Shown here: positions 47,507 through 55,702 of the stretch, piece by piece
Layout: each line of letters starts with the position of its first letter
How positions within the stretch are numbered: position 1 is the stretch's first letter
IMG/VR virus record: IMGVR_UViG_3300032820_000001
Coordinates: 96,001 to 160,000 of that record
Length of the DNA: 64,000 nt
From: a virus
Direction: 5' to 3' (one strand)
Made by a program: the position numbers and the translations under genes
The notes under the pieces: model-generated
Seen by the model: the letters and a program-made list of their open reading frames with translations, nothing else
Told to the model about the DNA's origin: nothing
The model's database searches: none

Positions 47507-48226
47507 CTATATTTTTCCCTCGTCCCATTTGGCCTTAAAATTTTTATATCTGGTTCTCACCTTGTTAAGACTGCTAACGACTTGTTTTGTATTGAGACCT
47601 GTTATTTCTCTTATATAGAAGTAAATAGCTTTCTTATTGAAAATTTCAATTGCGTCTGGTTCGGAAAGAAGGATTCTAATTGCATCAATTACTTTCTTCT
47701 CGTTTGCCTTCGAAGCTAACTTATCCCACTCATCAATTTCTCCCCACAAAGATTGCCAAAACTCGTGGCCTTCCCTGATTTCAAAATACATATTTGTGGT
47801 GGAGAGGTGCAGCTGCTCCATGTCTTTCGGCATGTCGTCATAGTAGACCTCACGGCGATTTTGGAGTGCTGTTCGCTTGACTTTGTGGATGAACCAATTT
47901 TTTGTGATAACGGAAAAATAGGAAAACGCTTTTGATCCTTTTGACGGATCAAACTTATCTAAAATTGTTGTGAGCCAAACTTTACATTCGGCCTTTAAAT
48001 CATCAATATTTGGGAGGTTTGTGAATTTATATGTATAAACAATTTTGTCAACCATCTCGTTGAAAGCGGGGTTGATAAGGTCTACATACAGTTTTGTCTT
48101 TACTTCCCGCGAATCGGAAAGGGCATATTGTACAATTGCGTCTTCGTGATCTTTGGTAAAATAGGCTTTACCGCCGCCCCTGCTCATTCTCCGGCGCTTG
48201 ACCTTCTTCTTCGTTGTTTTCGACAT
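47507..48226 (-). CDS. gp55: Phage sigma factor, sigma70 region 2 / T4 gp55-like (probable late sigma)
   Basis: LDKFDPSKGSKAFSYFSVITKNWF matches sigma region 2.3-2.4. The start codon is uncertain (48226 chosen). Confidence 0.75.
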   Translation of the reverse strand: MSKTTKKKVKRRRMSRGGGKAYFTKDHEDAIVQYALSDSREVKTKLYVDLINPAFNEMVDKIVYTYKFTNLPNIDDLKAECKVWLTTILDKFDPSKGSKAFSYFSVITKNWFIHKVKRTALQNRREVYYDDMPKDMEQLHLSTTNMYFEIREGHEFWQSLWGEIDEWDKLASKANEKKVIDAIRILLSEPDAIEIFNKKAIYFYIREITGLNTKQVVSSLNKVRTRYKNFKAKWDEGKI

Positions 48227-48506
48227 ATTCTTCAAACTCTCTTTCAGTTAGTGCGTATGCATTCTCACACTCTGTCAAGAAAGTTGATAAATGTCTTGTA
48301 TGATCCAGAAGAACATGCAAGGTCTCGTCGCCATAAAATGTATCTAATTCGTAGACATTGCTTAAATGTTCCTTATATCTTTCAACTTCTGACAGAATGT
48401 CTGATGTATTATCGGAAGCGAATAATATCTTCCTTAGAAGAAGATATCCGTACCATCCAAGAAAGATATTTAATAAAATAGACAAAACTAAAATTAACTC
48501 AATCAT
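48168..48506 (-). CDS. Membrane-anchored hypothetical protein, 112 aa
   Basis: N-terminal TM (LILVLSILLNIFLGWYGYLLL) and an acidic tail overlapping the start of the sigma gene. Confidence 0.7.
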   Translation of the reverse strand: MIELILVLSILLNIFLGWYGYLLLRKILFASDNTSDILSEVERYKEHLSNVYELDTFYGDETLHVLLDHTRHLSTFLTECENAYALTEREFEEYVENNEEEGQAPENEQGRR

Positions 48507-48759
48507 TGTTGTACTCCCGATTCACAAGATCTTTTCTTTCTTGTTTCAATTCCTCGCGAGCATCTTCGATAAATTCTTTTACTCTCCCGCCGGTGGTGCT
48601 GTCGTCAGCAATATCCATTCGGAGAAAATTAAACGAAGGTATCCTCATGAGTGAGTTTATTGTATCACACTCAGAACAATCTTTAAGCTTTTCTTTCATG
48701 GAATGGATTATTTCTTTAACAAATCCGCACTCTTTGCATTCGTAAACGTATTTAGGCAC
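48499..48759 (-). CDS. FmdB-family zinc-ribbon protein
   Basis: MPKYVYECKECG...CSEC. GTG start. Confidence 0.85.
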   Translation of the reverse strand: MPKYVYECKECGFVKEIIHSMKEKLKDCSECDTINSLMRIPSFNFLRMDIADDSTTGGRVKEFIEDAREELKQERKDLVNREYNND

Positions 48760-48949
48760 TCGTTTCCACCAATTTATCTTCTATTTTGTCTTCATCAACA
48801 TGAATTGTTGGTGGGTTTGTTACGGAAAGCTCATCTCCGTCAACTACAAAATCCAGCTCCTTAAGCAGTGGTACAATATCACTTTGTTCCATCAAGCACT
48901 TCTGCAGAACCATCATTAGCGTTCCAATTGATTGATTTGATAATTTCAT
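48752..48949 (-). CDS. Hypothetical protein, 65 aa
   Basis: GGAG RBS; fills the gap between its neighbours. Confidence 0.7.
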   Translation of the reverse strand: MKLSNQSIGTLMMVLQKCLMEQSDIVPLLKELDFVVDGDELSVTNPPTIHVDEDKIEDKLVETSA

Positions 48950-48958
48950 AATATCTCC

Positions 48959-49546
48959 TTATGATTTATTGAATTGTTCTGCTAATTTTTTAACAGACCA
49001 TTTAGAATTTCGTGAAAGCTTGGCATAGGTATCCAGTTCCTCTTTAAAGGTCAAAGGTCGATTTCTCACCCTAGTCATGAACTGATCTTCTTGGCCCATC
49101 TTCAAATCGCCAACCATGTGCCTATCCCCGTAGGGGGGAAAGTCGTTGGTTTCGCTCGTGCCAAAAAGGTAGGCACCTTCGGTGCCGACGGGAATAAAAA
49201 GAAAAGAATCCTGTCCGTACTCTTCAGATAAAGTAAACATCATCGTTTCGAACCCTGGATCGTCTGGGAGGTTTACGACAAAGAAACTCTCTTCTGATAC
49301 CTCCATGGCTGCGGGTTTTGTAAAGTTTTCTATATATGAGCCCTTCACAGCCGTTACTCCATATCCTCTTTCCAGAAGGCGAGCTTTCAGAATCCGATTG
49401 GTCTCATAATTTTCTTTTGTTTCCCTGTCTCCTCGGAAACTTGTAATTATGGCCGTATCGTGTTCGAGCATGTGTGAGTATACCCTCGAAAGTGAGGACA
49501 TCTCATTTAAGAATTTTTTCCAATTGTCGTGTATTTTGTTTGTCAT
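48959..49546 (-). CDS. Hypothetical protein (DUF3293-like), 195 aa, with a WKKFLNE leader
   Basis: AIITSFRG...N..LKARL...GY...EESF...YGQDSFL pattern. GGAG RBS. Confidence 0.6.
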   Translation of the reverse strand: MTNKIHDNWKKFLNEMSSLSRVYSHMLEHDTAIITSFRGDRETKENYETNRILKARLLERGYGVTAVKGSYIENFTKPAAMEVSEESFFVVNLPDDPGFETMMFTLSEEYGQDSFLFIPVGTEGAYLFGTSETNDFPPYGDRHMVGDLKMGQEDQFMTRVRNRPLTFKEELDTYAKLSRNSKWSVKKLAEQFNKS

Positions 49547-49555
49547 ATCGTTCTC

Positions 49556-50557
49556 CTACTTGAGAGTAGTTTTTAAAATTCTCCAACAAACCAAATATGG
49601 ATCGCAATTGGAGGCAGGGCGTCTATCTTCTAAATAGCCCTTCCCGTCTCTATTTACCTGCCATGGAATCCTAATTGATGCACCTCGATCTGAGACTCCT
49701 GCTCTGAAGGTATCAATGTCGCACGTTTCGTGGTCGCCTGTCAATCGTTTTTCGTTTCCGTTACCATACATAAAAATATGTTCCTTATGCATCTTCTCTA
49801 ATTTGTCAATTGCTTCATGAATAAATTTAATTCCATTCTCTTCTCGCATGGCTTTGGTGGAGAAATTTGTGTGGCAACCTGCGCCGTTCCAGTCGCCTTC
49901 GACGGGCTTAGGGTCGAGTGATACGGTCAATCCCTTTTTGGCACAAATCTTTTCCATAAGCCACCGGGCCACCCACAAATCATCAGATACACGAAGAGGG
50001 TCTGCAGCTCCGATTTGGTATTCCCATTGGCCAAGCATTACCTCAGAATTGATACCGCCTATTTTGATACCACACTCAATGCACATGTCCAGATGGTAAT
50101 GAGCAATTCCGTCGCCAATGTTTCTTCCGCAATAATAATCACCTTGAGGGGGAGGCTCGCCATTGTGCCACCCAAGAGGCTGGCTACCTTTATAGAGAGT
50201 ATATTCTTGTTCAATGCCAAACCAAGGATCGCTGGTATCGGATGCCGTAAAGGATTCTAAGACCTGTCGAGTGTTTGTTTTGTGGGGGTTGTCATCGACA
50301 TTCCAGACCTCACATAAAACTAAATAACCAGAATGATCCAGGGGGTTTTCATATACCCTAACTGGCTTTAAAACACAATCTGAGTCATTGCCTGCTGCCT
50401 GATTTGTTGAGGAACCATCGAAGCCCCAAATCGGGCAATCCTCCACCAAGGGGAAGTCTTCGAAGGTGCCGAAACTATCTTCAACAATTTTTGTTTTACT
50501 CCTCAGTGTCGGGGTTGGTTGTGTACCATCTGTCCATATATATTCTAATTTGGTCAT
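49556..50557 (-). CDS. glnII: Glutamine synthetase type II (eukaryote-like/GlnII), 333 aa
   Basis: LEYIW, WGFDGSST, GIEQEY, INSEVMLGQWEYQ, DWNGAGCHTNFS, RLTG.HET, RGASIRIP and YLEDRRP. Confidence 0.95.
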   Translation of the reverse strand: MTKLEYIWTDGTQPTPTLRSKTKIVEDSFGTFEDFPLVEDCPIWGFDGSSTNQAAGNDSDCVLKPVRVYENPLDHSGYLVLCEVWNVDDNPHKTNTRQVLESFTASDTSDPWFGIEQEYTLYKGSQPLGWHNGEPPPQGDYYCGRNIGDGIAHYHLDMCIECGIKIGGINSEVMLGQWEYQIGAADPLRVSDDLWVARWLMEKICAKKGLTVSLDPKPVEGDWNGAGCHTNFSTKAMREENGIKFIHEAIDKLEKMHKEHIFMYGNGNEKRLTGDHETCDIDTFRAGVSDRGASIRIPWQVNRDGKGYLEDRRPASNCDPYLVCWRILKTTLK

Positions 50558-50871
50558 TTGCTATCTCCTGTAGGTTTGCCAAAAAAATCTTCTGTGTTCA
50601 TATTTTTATCATCTATAAAGAGGTCATATTGAGGTTTCCCAAATTTCAATTCGTGGTATTGGACGCCCCAATCGTCGAATTGTCTTTCTGTTACTTTTCT
50701 CCAGTTTATTCCAGTTCCAGTTCCTCTTGCCGTCCAATAAATTATCGTATCTCCATTATCATACATTTTGTTTATTTTGTTAATGTTTTTCTTTATGGGA
50801 ATGGCCTTTGAATAATCTCTGCTTTCCGGAGAAACACAAATTGTTTCATCGATGTCAACGTAGATAATCAC
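50554..50871 (-). CDS. Small HAD-family phosphatase (capsule-biosynthesis phosphatase-like), 105 aa
   Basis: YVDIDETI, WTARG, GKP and FIDDK (HAD motifs I-IV). GTG start. Confidence 0.85.
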   Translation of the reverse strand: MIIYVDIDETICVSPESRDYSKAIPIKKNINKINKMYDNGDTIIYWTARGTGTGINWRKVTERQFDDWGVQYHELKFGKPQYDLFIDDKNMNTEDFFGKPTGDSK

Positions 50872-50874
50872 ATG

Positions 50875-51570
50875 TTACTCCGGATCATAACTGGATACAA
50901 GAACAATTCTTACTTTGTCCTTCTCCTGATTCAAGCCACGGTGGGCGCCAGCTACGGCAGCAATAACTAAATCGCCCTTTTCGATCCCCGTATAAACTTC
51001 ATAATTATCCCTCTCTTCGCCGCTGAGGGGTTCGTAAATATCATATCTTCTGTGGTATTTCTTGCCTCCCTCAAGGTGAGTGCCCTTTATATAACTAAAC
51101 GGTCCATAGGTCTCGTCTGGAACGTCAGTCAGAAAACAAAAAGATTTTACCCTTGATGGGAAAATATCGGAATCTGCATGAATCCCTCTGGTTCGGACGC
51201 CACGATTTACATAGAGGTTGTGGGTAAAAAATTTATATTTTGTTTCGAAAGATCGTTCAATAACGTTGAGTGAGTGTGTTTTTATCTTTTCTAAAATATT
51301 TTGGCTTTCCGGTGAAAAATAGCGATCAATATTCCAAACATCGATCAGGCCATCGTCTCCATCGCGAGTTGGTACTCGGCGGTTTATCACATACTCCTTA
51401 CTCTCCCTAAGTGATTCATAAGTGTTAGCTAAGTCAGGCTGAACGTTGTAAATATCCTTCTCGTGAACAAGAGTGTCCACCTCAGACAAAATTAAAGATA
51501 ATTCATTATCGGAAAGAAAACTTTCCCTCTTTAGGACGCCCTCTTCTCTAAGAACTTTCTCTTCTTTCAT
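50875..51570 (-). CDS. 2OG-Fe(II) dioxygenase, PhyH-like
   Basis: IHADSD (HxD), GPFSYIKGTH and AHRG (distal His). Confidence 0.82.
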   Translation of the reverse strand: MKEEKVLREEGVLKRESFLSDNELSLILSEVDTLVHEKDIYNVQPDLANTYESLRESKEYVINRRVPTRDGDDGLIDVWNIDRYFSPESQNILEKIKTHSLNVIERSFETKYKFFTHNLYVNRGVRTRGIHADSDIFPSRVKSFCFLTDVPDETYGPFSYIKGTHLEGGKKYHRRYDIYEPLSGEERDNYEVYTGIEKGDLVIAAVAGAHRGLNQEKDKVRIVLVSSYDPE

Positions 51571-52178
51571 ATAATCTCCTTCTCACATAGCATCATTTCA
51601 AAATATTTTTGTGTTTTATTTTCTAGAATAATGTTTTTATTATTTAATAAAAAACTCTTATAATACAGAAGATCCTTCTCGATGCTGTGGCACCTTTCCT
51701 CTTCTCGTAAGTCCTCTAAATCATAATATCCACTAATATAATTCATCTTTGATGAAAATCCATTATAATAAAAATCAAAACCTGCCACAAAGACCTCTGC
51801 ACAAATTGAGGATAAGTAATCAACAATGGCTGTTCCATAGTAAGGGACGTGCGGTGCAAACTTTTGTCTGAGCTTGTTCCATGTGCTTTCTATATCATAA
51901 ATTTTCGCTCTCTCTTCTAAGACGCCGGATAGCAGTGTTATATCTTTTTTTTCCTTTACGAATATTGTTTTTCCTGTGAGACTTTTTGCCCTTTCCGGGG
52001 AACTATAAAATTTCACACAACTCGTATTTAAAAATATAACATCAAAATCAACCTTCCTCGATAATTCAGATTCCATCACCTTGTTTGTTCCGACAACGTT
52101 GTCATAATTTTTGCATTCTGACAAGTCAAAGCCCTCAAGTGCCTGCAGTGATGGTCCAACTAATATGACTTTTTTCAT
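51567..52178 (-). CDS. Sialyltransferase-like glycosyltransferase (GT29-like), 203 aa
   Basis: L-motif-like VILVGPS...YDNVVGTN, S-motif-like PYYG...CAEVFVAGFDFY, VS-like HSIEKD. Confidence 0.62.
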   Translation of the reverse strand: MKKVILVGPSLQALEGFDLSECKNYDNVVGTNKVMESELSRKVDFDVIFLNTSCVKFYSSPERAKSLTGKTIFVKEKKDITLLSGVLEERAKIYDIESTWNKLRQKFAPHVPYYGTAIVDYLSSICAEVFVAGFDFYYNGFSSKMNYISGYYDLEDLREEERCHSIEKDLLYYKSFLLNNKNIILENKTQKYFEMMLCEKEII

Positions 52179-52885
52179 TTGTTTTTCACCGCGAACAGCT
52201 GCAGCTGTCCTGTTTTTGCTGTGAAGGTTGTGACATCAAAACCTTCTTCTCTGATGTTCTGGACAATGTGTTGAGACATTGCTTTTGAGTTTGCGATGTT
52301 CCAATGAAATTCAACCGAAATAAATCTGAGCTCTTTGATTTTCTCTTGCATCATCTCTGAAAGGAAGAGTTCGTATTCTCCTCCCTCAATGTCGCAAATG
52401 AGTGCATCAAAAACCAGACCGTTCTCTTGCTCAATCTCTCGAACAGTCTTTGTTTCTATGTCCAGTGTTTCGTGAATTCTGCTTTTCTGCATAGCAGTAG
52501 ACGAGCCGAGGATGCTGCGCTTGTCAACATAGAACTCGACAGAGCCTTCTTTGCTGCTCACAATGCAGTTTTTCACTTTAAACTTTGAGTCGTTCAGGTT
52601 TTTGTTGTTCTTTATCGTTTCGATTAAGTTTGAGTTTGCCTCGACGACGACATGGTTTTCCTTGTTCTCCAAGAGACGATTCGTGGCACAAGAGATAAAA
52701 CCGATGCAGCCACCGAGTTCCAAGACTGTGCAGTCTGAAGGCATAGTGTTCAGCATTTCGAACTCTTCGGCTTCCCATTCTCCAGTCTTCAGTCTCTCAA
52801 CAAGTTTGGAACCAAACAAATCGCCAGAAGGAGATAGTATCTCCTCCTCGACAAAAATCTTGATGTTATCAATATTGTAAAGCAC
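52175..52885 (-). CDS. FkbM-family SAM methyltransferase
   Basis: VLELGGCIG, VVEAN, LICDIEGGE and ISVEFH. GTG start. Confidence 0.88.
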   Translation of the reverse strand: MLYNIDNIKIFVEEEILSPSGDLFGSKLVERLKTGEWEAEEFEMLNTMPSDCTVLELGGCIGFISCATNRLLENKENHVVVEANSNLIETIKNNKNLNDSKFKVKNCIVSSKEGSVEFYVDKRSILGSSTAMQKSRIHETLDIETKTVREIEQENGLVFDALICDIEGGEYELFLSEMMQEKIKELRFISVEFHWNIANSKAMSQHIVQNIREEGFDVTTFTAKTGQLQLFAVKNK

Positions 52886-53535
52886 TATCTCTTCCTCAAA
52901 ACATAGGTTCCAATACGCTTATTCCCAGTGTATCTCAGTTCACCAATTTTTTCCACCAAAGACTCATCAACGTCATCGACAAACTGAATTACACCCTTCA
53001 TGTGTTCTGCATAATCATCTAGTAATATATACCCACCCTGTTTTACTAGAGGAAGGTATTCTGTGAAGTCTTTTTTTACAGAGTCATAGTCGTGATCCGC
53101 ATCAATAAAGAGAATGTCTACTTCTTCAGAAAAAAAGTCTCTAACTTGATTTGGAACAGAGGGATCTCTTAAATTTCCTGCGATGAGGGTAAAATCATTA
53201 TCAAAAGGATTATTGGATTCAATATTACTTCTTGTTCTTTCAATGTTTATTTTGTCATGGTTTTTGTGTTTGGGATCATGAGTGTCTTCAAAGAGATCGA
53301 CCCCGCAACACTTTACACCACTGGTGGATGAGATAACGGTGCAAAAAGATGCACCATTGTGAACCCCCAGTTCTAAATAATTTATCCCTTTTCGGTTTTC
53401 TGCAAGAATTTTCGTCAATATAGAGGCAGAAATGATCTCATCATGAATGAACCTGCCATTGAAATTCTTCTTTATTTCCTTCAATCTATCAAGCTCTTCT
53501 TGAACTCGTTTCTCTTCTTGTAAAAGCTTCAACAT
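52885..53535 (-). CDS. Class I SAM methyltransferase (Methyltransf_24-like)
   Basis: YLELGVHNGAS, ILFIDADHDY and GGYILLDDY. Confidence 0.88.
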   Translation of the reverse strand: MLKLLQEEKRVQEELDRLKEIKKNFNGRFIHDEIISASILTKILAENRKGINYLELGVHNGASFCTVISSTSGVKCCGVDLFEDTHDPKHKNHDKINIERTRSNIESNNPFDNDFTLIAGNLRDPSVPNQVRDFFSEEVDILFIDADHDYDSVKKDFTEYLPLVKQGGYILLDDYAEHMKGVIQFVDDVDESLVEKIGELRYTGNKRIGTYVLRKR

Positions 53536-53538
53536 TTT

Positions 53539-54357
53539 TTATCCCCTCAAACTCTTTCGCTTATCAAGTTCCCCTCCGAGGCAAACTCGTGCAGCTTTAA
53601 TTCCCATTGCAGAGTCTATATCTCGGATTCCCTTTGTTAATTTCATAAACCCTTGTGGCTCAACGGAAGCAACCTGATCGCTGCCCCACATGGTGCGGTC
53701 GAGGGTGAGGTGTCTTTCTACCCAAGTACACCCCATTGCGACGGCCGCAAAGGTCGTCACCAAGCCATATTCGTGGCCACTGTAGCCAATTTCGGCGGGG
53801 TACTTGTCTTGAAGCCACTTTATATAATTTAAATTAAGCTCTGAGACAGGTGACGGATACGTAGAGTTGGTGTGCATTATAACATCGGGGTTACATGCCG
53901 CCACACACTTCTCTATTTCTTCCTCCGTACTCATTCCTGTAGAGATTATAAGAGTTTCAAAATTATTCCTAGCGTAGCGGCACAAATCCAAGTCTGTGAT
54001 TAGGGCAGATGGAATTTTAGATATATTCCCATATTTTTTCATAAAATCTACAGACGGAAGATCCCAAACAGAAGCGAAGCATTCAACCCCCTTCTCTTTT
54101 GCGTATGAAAAAATTTGATCAAACTCTTTCTCCTCGAATTCGATCCTCTTTTTATAATCAATGTATTTTATCTCTCCCCAGGGAGTTTGTCGCAATTTGT
54201 TTTTCTGGTCGTCGGGGACGCACAGATCCGGAGTTCTCTTTTGGAATTTAACATAATCGCATCCCGCGATGGAAGCCACGTCGATAAGCTTTGTTGCTAT
54301 ATCGACAGAGCCATTGTGATTGATTCCTATTTCTGCAATAACTTTTGTCATAACCAT
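53539..54357 (-). CDS. neuB: N-acetylneuraminate/nonulosonate synthase, short form lacking the C-terminal SAF/AFP-like domain
   Basis: IAEIGINHNG, VKFQKR, KIPSA, IISTGMS, YPSP, GYSGHE, VERHLTLD and GSDQ. 272 aa. Confidence 0.95.
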   Translation of the reverse strand: MVMTKVIAEIGINHNGSVDIATKLIDVASIAGCDYVKFQKRTPDLCVPDDQKNKLRQTPWGEIKYIDYKKRIEFEEKEFDQIFSYAKEKGVECFASVWDLPSVDFMKKYGNISKIPSALITDLDLCRYARNNFETLIISTGMSTEEEIEKCVAACNPDVIMHTNSTYPSPVSELNLNYIKWLQDKYPAEIGYSGHEYGLVTTFAAVAMGCTWVERHLTLDRTMWGSDQVASVEPQGFMKLTKGIRDIDSAMGIKAARVCLGGELDKRKSLRG

Positions 54358-54971
54358 AGTGATACCTTCTTCAGTTCTTCTTCATAGTCAACATCAACGA
54401 CGTCTCCTATTTTATAAAAATATGTATTTTTATTATACATGTTGTTGTTTAAATTTTTAAGTTCCGAAATATTAAAAATGCATATATAGTGACTCAATTC
54501 AAAGCACTCTGGATAATCCTGGCGGCGGTGAAGATTATGAGGTATAATTTGCTTTCCAGCGGTGGGAGATGATTCGATCATACATAAGTAAGGGTGAGAC
54601 TTAACAGGTTGGCGGCACAATAAGGAGCTGGCGCCGGCGTGGAGATAGCACTGATAAGCATCTATAACGTGTTGCCAACGACGCTCTGGGTAAGTTAAGT
54701 AGAGCATAATTATATCCTCGTCCTCTTCCGACCCCTTCACAACCTCTGACACGACTGACCAAATTGAAGAAGTGTCTTCCGAAACATCGGAACTTCTTTG
54801 ATGGATTTCCACACCTTTTGGTAGCACCTTTTTAATCTCCTCGTCGTCTGTAGATACCACAACATTCGCAAGATAGTCCGCTGGTATTGTATCCAAAGTA
54901 TATCGCAGCAATTTCCGATTTTTATAAGGAAAGCCCTTAGAGCCCGCCCTCGCTGGTATTAAAATCTTCAT
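54348..54971 (-). CDS. neuA: CMP-nonulosonate (acylneuraminate) cytidylyltransferase
   Basis: ILIPARAGSKGFPYKN, VVSTDD, RRQD and VDVD. Confidence 0.93.
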   Translation of the reverse strand: MKILIPARAGSKGFPYKNRKLLRYTLDTIPADYLANVVVSTDDEEIKKVLPKGVEIHQRSSDVSEDTSSIWSVVSEVVKGSEEDEDIIMLYLTYPERRWQHVIDAYQCYLHAGASSLLCRQPVKSHPYLCMIESSPTAGKQIIPHNLHRRQDYPECFELSHYICIFNISELKNLNNNMYNKNTYFYKIGDVVDVDYEEELKKVSLWL

Positions 54972-55702
54972 TTTATATTTATCCGTGGTATTTCTGAAGA
55001 TAGTTCTGATACTTCCGAAATTAAAAAGATCTCCACCCCAATGGATTTACAAAAAGAATATAACTCAGAAGTAGAAGATATCAATTCATCCTTTTCGCCA
55101 GGGAATAACTGTCCTATCTTCGCTCCTGGGTTTTTTAACACCTTCTTCGCTTTCTTTTCGTCATAAAAGTGTTTGAGAGTTCCGTCATCGGCAGTAGTAT
55201 AGTCCCATCCATTTATATATAATTTAGAAAAACCCATATGAAGCAGTGTGGGAAGTACCGTTTCATACATAATGCCAGGACCCCACCTTCTTATTGGCCC
55301 GAAGGAAAAATCATCAAAATTACAATCCGACGCGGTGGTGTCGCGGTGGGTATCTATCCCACAAAACAAATCCGGGGTATAATTAAAAAAGGTTTTATAT
55401 TGTTCCGCAGAGAGGGCGCCAGAAGAAGCAAACTTTAAAGTATTCGGGTGGTATACATATTCTAAAAAATTATTATCATTAATAAAATGAAAATCTGTTA
55501 TTTCTTTAAGTTTTATTTGAGATTGTTTTATGCATGCTACTTTTTTATTCTCACAGAATTTCTCTATATCTCTCAACTCTAAAGACTTAAATGACGGCCC
55601 GCACGAAAATATTACACACTCTTGTCCCGCAAATGAGCCTTTCATGAAATCAGATTTTTGTTTAAAAGATTGCAGCTCCCTGAGCGACTTACATGAAAAC
55701 AT
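54968..55702 (-). CDS. Maf/DUF115-like putative nonulosonate transferase, 244 aa
   Basis: CVIFSCGPS...HMGFSKLYINGWDY (GxGPS ... GxD, Maf/GT29/GT42-type fold). GAGG RBS before ATG 55702. Confidence 0.65.
   Translation of the reverse strand: MFSCKSLRELQSFKQKSDFMKGSFAGQECVIFSCGPSFKSLELRDIEKFCENKKVACIKQSQIKLKEITDFHFINDNNFLEYVYHPNTLKFASSGALSAEQYKTFFNYTPDLFCGIDTHRDTTASDCNFDDFSFGPIRRWGPGIMYETVLPTLLHMGFSKLYINGWDYTTADDGTLKHFYDEKKAKKVLKNPGAKIGQLFPGEKDELISSTSELYSFCKSIGVEIFLISEVSELSSEIPRINIK

Noticed and set aside
54968-55702. 6-hydroxymethylpterin diphosphokinase (MptE) call for the DUF115-like gene
   Set aside because: There are no folate or pterin genes nearby; its position beside neuA/neuB favours a Maf-like transferase.
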